A program made the translations under genes and the position numbers. This document shows, piece by piece, positions 9,487 to 16,849 of a stretch of 24,000 nt of DNA. This stretch comes from an uncultured Alloscardovia sp. (lineage in GTDB: Bacteria > Actinomycetota > Actinomycetes > Actinomycetales > Bifidobacteriaceae). A model generated the notes under the pieces. The model was not told the origin of the DNA and did no database searches. It saw nothing but the letters and a program-made list of their open reading frames with translations. Every line of letters starts with the position of its first letter. Within the stretch, counting starts at the first letter, position 1. The stretch is taken from contig CAUTYZ010000003.1 of NCBI GenBank assembly GCA_963543015.1, positions 8,112 through 32,111 of the forward strand. Direction: 5' to 3'.

Positions 9487-11568
9487 CTATCGTGCGCTAC
9501 GCGGTTCGCGTGATGCATTCAATGCCCACAGAATGGAGATAACGTCAATTGCTTCTTGACCAAATGCTCCGATCACTGCAGGAACTACACCGAACGCTGC
9601 CACCAGCATTCCCACTATCGCCAATGCGAGACCTACCACTACTGCTTGAAGCATGACAGTGTGCGTACGACGAGCAATGACCATCGCGCGTGGAATAAGA
9701 CTGATATCGTCATTCATGATGACCATATGCGCTGTTTCGGAAGCTGCAGTCGATGAACCATCTGTAACTGCTACACCGATATCCGCCGCTGCTAATACTG
9801 GCGCATCATTAACGCCATCGCCGACCATCATAGTAACCGTTTGGCTCGAGTGGTTTTCCGCGCGAGAAAGTCGACCATTGGTGAGGATGCGCTGCTTATG
9901 CTCAGGAAGAAGCTGTGCATGCACTCGATCAGCATCGATGCCCACCTGTGCAGCAATGCGCTGAGCCGACTCCACGCCATCACCGGTCAGCATAGAGATC
10001 GAACGAACGCCAAGCTGAGTAAGTTCAGAAATTGTGCTTGCTGCCTGAGCGCGTGGCACATCTTGCACAATAATGCGCCCGACGACAATGCCATCGATAG
10101 ACATGTATGCTGCCATCGATGATGGTTCAAGGTCTCGCCCATGTCGGCGGGCAGAACTTGCGGAGCTTCCCCTATACGTTCTGCGAGCGCGCATGTGGTG
10201 GAAGCCCTCGTCGTCGCTCGTTCCCTGCGCAAAAGATTCACGACCGATTCGTACATCATGTCCGTCAATTTGTGCGGAAATTCCCAAACCGCTATGCTCT
10301 ACGACATGGCTGACGGTTTCTGGATTAAGCGCTTCTTTCTGATTATCTGTTAAACGCGCGTATGCGTGACGCCCCGCTTGGGAAATTCCTTGAGCCAGAA
10401 TATGAATGGAATACGATTCGATAATTCCTGCTGCTGCCAGTAACACATCATCAGAAAGATGTGCCCATTCCTGAGCACCCTCTGAATCAGAACGCTCGAC
10501 GCGGACGACTTGTGGATGTTTTTGAGTTAATGTACCCGTTTTATCGAAGAATACATCAGTTACTCGTATCAACTGCTCGATAATTTCTTGACCTTTAATC
10601 AAAACTCCTGACGCTGCAAGCCGTGATGTTCCTCCCAGATACGCTACAGGAGCAGAAATAAGCAATGGGCATGGAGTTGCCAGCACAAGAACTTGAGCGA
10701 ATCGTACAGGGTCTCCACTGATAAACCACGCTAAACCTGCGATAGCAAACGCGATAACGGTAAAAGGAACTGCCAGTAAATCAGCAGTTTTCACTACCTG
10801 GGGATGCGAATTTTGAGCATAACGTACCAAATCAACAATGCGCTGATACTGAGAGTTTGCAGCAGAAGCTGTCGCTCGGATGATAAAACTTTCCGAACCA
10901 TTAATTGCTCCAGAAGGAACGCGCTGCGCATTCAAAACTGTCTGCGGCAAGGCTTCGCCATTAATCATCGAAAGATTGACCACTGCACGTTCAGACATTA
11001 CTACACCATCGACTGGAACAGTTTCACCCGGCTTCACGAGAAGCAAATCCATAACGCTCACATCATTCGCGTCAATATCGACAAGTGCACTAGCCGCATC
11101 ATTAGCATCGATACCCCGCGCAGATGGATTCGACAGGCGATGCGCAATCTGAGGAGTAGCGGATAAAAGCGACGTTAAATTCTGTTCCGCCGAATCATCC
11201 GCATACGATTCAATAACCGAACCGGAATAAATCATCAGCACAACGGTCCATGATGCCCAAAACTCCCCCACAGCAAGAGTTGAAAGAATCGCGACAACTG
11301 CCAGCACATCCAAGCCCACATGTCCATCTTTGATGTCCTGAACCATGCCAGCAAGAGTATCGATCACCGTCACACATACGAGGACAGCGACAATCCACAT
11401 ACGCCACGACGCGTATGCACTCATGCTCGGCAAACTCAATATCGCCAAAGCGACAAAAACACCAAGAGTCACGAACAGCATCGGCACTTCTCGTACGCTC
11501 TTCCACACTTTTGCCCACACTGATGATGCTGCCATAATTGCCCTTCTTCTCGCAATTTCGGATTGCAT
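9487..11568 (-). CDS. P1B-type (heavy-metal) P-type ATPase without an N-terminal metal-binding domain. It has a TPCP motif in the transmembrane metal site.
   Basis: Motifs DKTGTLT, MLTGDG, GDGVNDAP. The TM motif ATPCPLL is encoded at 10666-10677. No HMA/CxxC domain is present at the N-terminus. An alternative start is the ATG at 11535. Confidence 0.85.
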   Translation of the reverse strand: MQSEIARRRAIMAASSVWAKVWKSVREVPMLFVTLGVFVALAILSLPSMSAYASWRMWIVAVLVCVTVIDTLAGMVQDIKDGHVGLDVLAVVAILSTLAVGEFWASWTVVLMIYSGSVIESYADDSAEQNLTSLLSATPQIAHRLSNPSARGIDANDAASALVDIDANDVSVMDLLLVKPGETVPVDGVVMSERAVVNLSMINGEALPQTVLNAQRVPSGAINGSESFIIRATASAANSQYQRIVDLVRYAQNSHPQVVKTADLLAVPFTVIAFAIAGLAWFISGDPVRFAQVLVLATPCPLLISAPVAYLGGTSRLAASGVLIKGQEIIEQLIRVTDVFFDKTGTLTQKHPQVVRVERSDSEGAQEWAHLSDDVLLAAAGIIESYSIHILAQGISQAGRHAYARLTDNQKEALNPETVSHVVEHSGLGISAQIDGHDVRIGRESFAQGTSDDEGFHHMRARRTYRGSSASSARRHGRDLEPSSMAAYMSIDGIVVGRIIVQDVPRAQAASTISELTQLGVRSISMLTGDGVESAQRIAAQVGIDADRVHAQLLPEHKQRILTNGRLSRAENHSSQTVTMMVGDGVNDAPVLAAADIGVAVTDGSSTAASETAHMVIMNDDISLIPRAMVIARRTHTVMLQAVVVGLALAIVGMLVAAFGVVPAVIGAFGQEAIDVISILWALNASREPRSAR

Positions 11569-11643
11569 GTATACCGATTTTTCTCGATCTCTTGTCTCAG
11601 CTTCTTAGCGGTTGCAATTCTAATACGTATGTCGATTTCGCGG

Positions 11644-11688
11644 TAGATGTCTGCGAGGGAGATGTCGGTGAGATAGATGTTTGTGACG
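11644..11688. repeat. Three degenerate 15-bp direct repeats (TAGATGTCTGCGAGG / GAGATGTCGGTGAGA / TAGATGTTTGTGACG), 75-120 bp upstream of the ATPase start
   Basis: The AGATGT cores recur at an exact 15-nt spacing, read directly. Confidence 0.6.
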
Positions 11689-11745
11689 AATCATTCTTTG
11701 CGCATTCACCATTCACGACCAAATCAATGACCACTATGTGACCAA

Positions 11746-11761
11746 TTTCGATATATATCGA
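11746..11761. promoter_or_regulatory. Perfect 16-bp palindrome TTCGATATATATCGAA in the 385-bp spacer between the ATPase and the MFS pseudogene. Candidate operator.
   Basis: Read directly and confirmed self-complementary. No cognate regulator gene lies nearby. Confidence 0.35.
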
Positions 11762-11953
11762 ATTCCTATTACGGCCTATGATAAAGAAGATGTCAGTGAG
11801 GTATTCGAAGAGCTGAACTGCTCGTGACAGACCTGATGAGCAAAGTTGCGCACCATCGGGAAAACCAGACAGTCAGGGAATCAGGACAGTTGGGAAAGTC
11901 ACGCACGAGCTTTCGAAATACCAATAAATAAATACAGTAGGCACAGAAACTAG

Positions 11954-13260
11954 GTGGGACAATTGCCGAAACGTACGATACTGCAACGGTTGCGTATCAT
12001 TAATCCAGCCCTGCGTTGGGCTATGCCCGGATTCTCCTTATCCATGCTGGGAAACAGCGCGTACGAAGGATCCGTTCTTCCATCCGTTATCCTCGTTGGA
12101 CTTCCTGCATGGGTGGTCGCTTTCCGTAAAACTTTCGGCGTTGTAGCTGATTTTGCGTCGCCTGCTTCCGCGTGAATCGTGGATAAACTTGGCGGCTTTC
12201 GAGCGTTGGCTCTGACCGAAGGAGTGGAAGGCTTCCTCAGCTTAATTCCTCTTCTTATCCCGATGTCTTTGCCGATGTAGAAGTAGTCGCTCTTAGGACT
12301 GTCATGCGCATTGCTCCTTACAGGGCAGGTTATTGACATCGCAAGCGAAGTTTTTGAAGTCGACGCAGCTGGCGGCGACGAAGATATGCTGGTCGATTAC
12401 AGCGGTGTGATTGGAATTGTGTCGAGTGTGGCTGGAAGCTTGCTCGGATCACCATTAGGCGCATGGATGGCTAATTGGTCTATTCCTATCGCTCTCGCTT
12501 TCTCCGCTATCACGTCTTTCGGCGCGTGCGCGACTCGTTTTGCTATGCGAGCAGATATCACTGCAAGCATGACTTCTCCTGAGAAAACGTCTGAGAAAAT
12601 AGCGATACCGATACACACATTTCCGACGAGGCAGCGGATTCAGATTCGAATTCCGACTCGGATTCAGATTCAGTCGATTCGACGTCATCGTCTGCTTCCG
12701 CTTCTGCATCTCCTGTCACGACGCGAACTCGTCTGGGACTGCTTTTAGGCTCCTTGCTCGTCGCTCTCGTGCCTTCATGCTCGACCGCGTACATTTTGCT
12801 CGGAATGGGCAACGAATATGGCCCACAAGTTCTGACTGTAACAGCGCTTATTTCCGGTATCGCTGATGTACTTGCATCGTTCATTTACGCGCATTTTGCA
12901 TCTCAGCTGGGAATGCGAAAAATGGCGACAATTGGCGTTGCTGTATACGCCGTCGGCTTTGCGGGTCTTCTCGTACCGTGGTTGCCGGGGATTTACACTG
13001 CATATGCTGTAGCGAGTGTGGGAGCAATTTTGCTCGTTCACCCAATTATCGTGTCTCGTCAGCTCCTCTTTAGGGGAAGCGAACTGGCACAATTCTCAGG
13101 ACGCGCACGTTTTGCTTACGCTCTCGGCGGTACGGTCGGATCATGGATTGGCTGGATGCTGTCCTCATCATGGCGTTTCTTGCCTATCCTGCCGCTGATT
13201 TTAATTCTCGGATTCTTGCTTGTTCTGCCACAGCTTCCAGCTACGCAAAAGAAGAAGTAA
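11954..13260 (+). pseudogene. MFS-type transporter, disrupted by three in-frame stop codons and one frameshift
   Basis: Track ORFs 11954-12175 and 12311-12748 are in the same frame. The intervening 12176-12310 also reads as membrane protein (IVDKLGGFRALALTEGVEGFLSLIPLLIPMSLPM) but is interrupted by TGA 12173-12175, TAG 12278-12280 and TAG 12284-12286. The reading frame then moves to that of ORF 12754-13260 near the A-run at 12595-12600. The conceptual repair gives a hydrophobic protein of about 435 aa with a central D/S-rich loop. Confidence 0.75.
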
Positions 13261-13295
13261 CGACGAATTAGTACCCCGACGACTGCACTCTCCTC

Positions 13296-13329
13296 AGTGG
13301 TATGCGCTCCCACGCATACCACTTTTTTG
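13296..13329 (+). terminator. Rho-independent terminator downstream of the MFS pseudogene
   Basis: 11-bp perfect stem AGTGGTATGCG / CGCATACCACT, a 6-nt loop, then TTTTTT. Confidence 0.85.
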
Positions 13330-13345
13330 TAGAATTTTGTAGAAT
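13326..13345. repeat. Perfect 10-bp tandem duplication TTTGTAGAAT x2. Each copy contains a TAGAAT -10-like hexamer.
   Basis: Read directly. Confidence 0.8.
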
Positions 13346-13379
13346 ATCCCATTCCGATATACTCGTATCACAAGCACTG

Positions 13380-13399
13380 CATGACATCTCATGACATCT
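13380..13399. repeat. Perfect 10-bp tandem duplication CATGACATCT x2, immediately upstream of the AAGGAG SD of the DUF1801-like gene
   Basis: Read directly: gCATGACATCTCATGACATCTaaggagcgcccATG. Confidence 0.8.
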
Positions 13400-13410
13400 A
13401 AGGAGCGCCC

Positions 13411-13804
13411 ATGCCTACCCCACTCCCACCAGAATTTGACGAGTATCTTGAAGGACCTCGCGTTCCTGACACGACCCGTGAATTTTTGCGAGAACTGCTC
13501 ACTTGGATGTGCGAAAATCATCCAGAACTCGATACACGCATCGCGTGGAATCAGCCTATGTTTACCCATCACGGCTCGTTTATCATCGGTTTTTCTGCAT
13601 CAAGCAAACACTTAAGCTGCGCTCCTAGAAGTCCCGACGCTTGAACTTCTCCGTGATGAATTCAGCGAGCGCGGATATAAATGCCTCAAAAAGACCATTA
13701 ACTTTCCGCTCGATAAACCGCTGCCCTATGATCTTGTCGAGAAAATAATTACGGAGCAAATGAAGCTTAAGAAAGATGTGGACACGTTCTGGTTCCATGC
13801 ATAG
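13411..13804 (+). pseudogene. DUF1801 / YdhG-like small protein, frameshifted
   Basis: The track ORF 13411-13644 ends at ...SASSKHLSCAPRSPDA*. The +1 frame continues as AALLEVPTLELLRDEFSERGYKCLKKTINFPLDKPLPYDLVEKIITEQMKLKKDVDTFWFHA* (stop 13802-13804), which is the expected C-terminal half of the family. The frame change must lie within 13616-13641. Confidence 0.65.
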
Positions 13805-13870
13805 TCACACATGTGCAGCCGTAGGAATTACATCAATTGAATTCTAAAAATAAAAGAGAATGTTTACGAG

Positions 13871-13941
13871 AGCGAATGACGGGAGTCGAACCCGCCTCTA
13901 GAGCTTGGGAAGCTCTCATTCTACCGATGAACTACATTCGC
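13871..13941 (-). tRNA. tRNA-Gly (anticodon CCC)
   Basis: The minus strand GCGAATGTAGTTCATCGGTAGAATGAGAGCTTCCCAAGCTCTAGAGGCGGGTTCGACTCCCGTCATTCGCT folds by hand into a 71-nt cloverleaf. It has a 7-bp acceptor stem, anticodon loop TTCCCAA and T-loop TTCGACT. CCA is not encoded. Confidence 0.9.
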
Positions 13942-14043
13942 AAATGTGCTTCTTAAGTGCACACGAAGCACGTGAATTAGTGTAGCACCGACTGCGCCTA
14001 TCCTCCAGTAGCGTCGTCTACACACCATTCATCTAGCGCGTCG

Positions 14044-14098
14044 GAAAACAAAAACTCTTGCTTTTAGCTATCTGGGAGGAACCCTAAAAGCAAGAGTT
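14044..14098 (-). terminator. Rho-independent terminator downstream of htpX
   Basis: 15-bp perfect stem AACTCTTGCTTTTAG / CTAAAAGCAAGAGTT with a 16-nt loop, followed on the minus strand by TTTTTGTTTT. Confidence 0.9.
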
Positions 14099-14128
14099 AA
14101 AATTTTAGTAGCCACAGCATATCACATT

Positions 14129-15070
14129 TTATGACTGCTGATAGCCCATTCCATTATTAGCCTGCTGGCCATATGGATTTTGTGGTATCTGCCCCATCTG
14201 CACAGCCATCTCGTTAAGACGGGCGATACGCGCAGCTGTTGGTGGATGAGTTGCAAAAAACTTATTGATATCTTCTGCCCTAAAAGGATTCGCAATCATC
14301 ATCGCCGACACATTTTCCGTACCCGGAGTTTTGCGTAATGGGACGTTCTGTACAGTGTTTTCAATTTTGTACAATGCTGATGCCAGAGCCAGTGGATCAC
14401 CACTCAAAGTCGACCCATCTTCGTCAGCATCATACTCACGCGTACGAGAAATTGCCATCTGCACAAGCGATGCACCAATTGGCGCAAGAATCAAAGTCAG
14501 CACTCCACCGATAACAGCAAGAGGACCAGAACTGCGGTCATTATCCTTTGACGATACGCCGAAGAATTGCAATGAATACGCCAAATACGTCACGATCATC
14601 GACATGGCTGAAGCAATGGATGACGTCAAAATATCGTGGTTATACACATGCATCAATTCATGTCCCAAAACACCACGAATTTCGCGCTCATCAAGAAGAT
14701 CCAAAATCCCCTGCGTGCAGCACACAGCCGCATGATGCTCATTTCGACCCGTTGCAAAAGCATTCGGTGACATCGTTGGAGCGATATAAATACGAGGCAT
14801 TGGCTTGCCTGCACGCGTGGAGAGTTCGCGCACAATGGCATACAGCTGAGGCTGCTCCTGTTCGCTGACTTCACGCGCTTGCATCGACGCGAGGGACAGC
14901 GAGTCTGAGAACCAGTAGCTAGCGAAGGTCACACCCACCGAGAGCAGCACATAGAAGCCCAAGGTGGCTTGCGAATGACCGGTAAAGTACCATACCGCAT
15001 AAATGATGACCCACATGATGGCAAAAAGACCAAGAGTTTTCACACCATTAGCATGTCTTCGAATGCGCAT
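14129..15070 (-). CDS. htpX: Zinc metalloprotease HtpX (M48 family)
   Basis: HELMH motif, N-terminal TM helices, and a Q/N/G-rich C-terminal tail. The start is set at the ATG at 15070 (MRIRRHANG...), which is preceded by GGGAGG. The track ORF begins 11 codons earlier. Confidence 0.9.
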   Translation of the reverse strand: MRIRRHANGVKTLGLFAIMWVIIYAVWYFTGHSQATLGFYVLLSVGVTFASYWFSDSLSLASMQAREVSEQEQPQLYAIVRELSTRAGKPMPRIYIAPTMSPNAFATGRNEHHAAVCCTQGILDLLDEREIRGVLGHELMHVYNHDILTSSIASAMSMIVTYLAYSLQFFGVSSKDNDRSSGPLAVIGGVLTLILAPIGASLVQMAISRTREYDADEDGSTLSGDPLALASALYKIENTVQNVPLRKTPGTENVSAMMIANPFRAEDINKFFATHPPTAARIARLNEMAVQMGQIPQNPYGQQANNGMGYQQS

Positions 15071-15158
15071 ATTCGCCTCCCTACTGGTAGTTACGCGTAG
15101 CATGGATGAGCAATTCTTGCTGAAAATTATACTCGCTTCACGCCGTCATTTCTTGTGT

Positions 15159-16580
15159 TTACTCGCCACGCGCAATCTGACGCAACTGATTTTCATCAAT
15201 GACCTTGATGTGTTCACGCTTGACCTGTGCACCCATCTCACGCTCATAGGTATCTACTCGCTGCCATGCTGCATAGTCAAGTGGACGCACGCCGCGCTCA
15301 GTAAGAAGGTCTACGATATCCGACTCAGCATTGCGAGCAATTCGTCCTTTACCGTCAGACTGAGCCCAATCCTCAAGAATGTTTTCCACAGTCTCGAGAG
15401 CATCAGATTTTGTAGAACCAATTAAGCCCACAGGACCGCGCTTTGCCCAACCAGTCGCATACACATACGGATGATCTGCAATGCGACCGCCCTCGTTATC
15501 GAGAGTGTATGCAGCCTCGTCGTAAGGAATACCCGGAACTTCTGCCGGCTTATATCCGATAGCATGATAAACAGCCTGGACTGCGATATCTTCCACCACA
15601 CCTGTTCCCGACATCACGCCTTCAGGAGTTGTCACTGTTTTTTCGATACGAAGTGCCTCTACCGAACCGTCATCAGCTGTTACTACTTCTACAGGATTTG
15701 CGTTGAAGTGCAGATAGAAACGACGGCGAGCAGGATTTCCTTCATAATCGACGTGCTTATCCATCATGGTTACGCTCATCTCACGCACAGCAAGAAGCTC
15801 GTCGACCATTTGACGTGTCAATTTATCCTGACCAGCCACTTCAAGGTGTGCCTTGGTCAGTATTTCCGCTCCGAAATCTTCTTCATACGTGACAATTTCC
15901 ACACCTGGCAGTGCTTCCAATTCGCGCAATTCCTGAACCGAGAATTTTGCATGCGAAACGTCACGGCGTACAAAAACGTGAACGTCTTCTGCTTTATTCG
16001 CATCCAAGCCGTCATACACATTCTGAGGAATATCCGTATGCAGCAGATTCTGAGGATAGCGAACGAGCAAACGCGACACATCCATTGCGACATTTCCGCC
16101 GCCCAATACAGCGACTTGGCGAGCATCCAATGGCCACTGTGGAGAAGCCGTTGGATAACCGTCATACCATTCCACAAATTTTGCAGCACCGTACACACCA
16201 CGTGCATCCGCGCCAGGAATAGTGAGCGGACGATCGTCAATTGCACCCGTTGCGAAAATTACCGCATCATAACGGTCACGCACATCGTCAAGATCGATAT
16301 CGCGTCCAAACTCGACATCAGCAAGAAGACGAATCTGAGGATTATTCAGCGTCTTTTCCAAAGCTCCAATGATGAACTTAATCGCTGGATGATCAGGCGC
16401 TACACCATAACGCACAAGCCCAAAAGGAACTGGCAATTTTTCAAATAAATCAATCTGAACAGTGGTATCGGCGCCTAATCCAAGCTCCTCGCGCTGTGCT
16501 TCAACTTGGCGAAGGAGGATGTCCGATACGTACACGCCCGCAGGCCCCGCTCCAATAACTGCTACCTTGATGTCACGCAT
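15159..16580 (-). CDS. fprA: Ferredoxin-NADP+ reductase, FprA / adrenodoxin-reductase type
   Basis: 473 aa. N-terminal VAVIGAGPAG FAD Rossmann motif and a second GGGNVAMD NADP motif. The overall architecture resembles mycobacterial FprA. Confidence 0.85.
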   Translation of the reverse strand: MRDIKVAVIGAGPAGVYVSDILLRQVEAQREELGLGADTTVQIDLFEKLPVPFGLVRYGVAPDHPAIKFIIGALEKTLNNPQIRLLADVEFGRDIDLDDVRDRYDAVIFATGAIDDRPLTIPGADARGVYGAAKFVEWYDGYPTASPQWPLDARQVAVLGGGNVAMDVSRLLVRYPQNLLHTDIPQNVYDGLDANKAEDVHVFVRRDVSHAKFSVQELRELEALPGVEIVTYEEDFGAEILTKAHLEVAGQDKLTRQMVDELLAVREMSVTMMDKHVDYEGNPARRRFYLHFNANPVEVVTADDGSVEALRIEKTVTTPEGVMSGTGVVEDIAVQAVYHAIGYKPAEVPGIPYDEAAYTLDNEGGRIADHPYVYATGWAKRGPVGLIGSTKSDALETVENILEDWAQSDGKGRIARNAESDIVDLLTERGVRPLDYAAWQRVDTYEREMGAQVKREHIKVIDENQLRQIARGE

Positions 16581-16714
16581 AAATCTGTACGCCTATCTGT
16601 TATCTGTGTTAATCGTCAATCTATATTGTTCATTGCTCATCATCAGCGCGAGACGCATGTATTGTCTGTAGTGTTACCATGCATTCAGCGCGCTCGCGTC
16701 CAATTTACTGATTA

Positions 16715-16729
16715 CTAGCTTATAGGAAA
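16715..16729 (-). promoter_or_regulatory. 15-mer CTAGCTTATAGGAAA (minus strand: TTTCCTATAAGCTAG) upstream of fprA. Identical to the copy upstream of htrA. Candidate promoter -10 region or operator.
   Basis: The exact match to 18735-18749 was read directly. Both copies have the same orientation relative to the downstream minus-strand gene. The motif contains TATAAG / TAAGCT -10-like hexamers. Confidence 0.45.
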
Positions 16730-16754
16730 GCGTGAGCAAAGTACATGGAATATG

Positions 16755-16809
16755 AAAAACCTCACTCTCTGTGACTGCACCGATGAGTGTATACAGAGAA
16801 TGAGGTTTT
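16755..16809 (-). terminator. Rho-independent (bidirectional-looking) terminator downstream of htrA
   Basis: 13-bp stem CCTCATTCTCTGT / ACAGAGAGTGAGG (one G-U pair), followed on the minus strand by TTTTTCATATT. An A-tract sits on the other side. Confidence 0.8.
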
Positions 16810-16849
16810 AGCGCAGTGCAATCCTGAGCTCTATGAGCGGTTATCGCTA

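Noticed and set aside
12173-12286. Stop-codon reassignment or programmed read-through as an explanation for the in-frame TGA/TAG codons in the MFS gene
   Set aside because: Neighbouring genes terminate normally on TGA (sir2), TAG (purA, ATPase) and TAA. The same gene also has a frameshift. Pseudogenisation is the simpler explanation.
15471-16448. 325-aa ORF on the plus strand
   Set aside because: It lies entirely antisense to the well-supported fprA gene. The translation is Cys/Ile/Phe/His-rich with no recognisable motif. This is a typical shadow ORF produced by the codon bias of the real gene.
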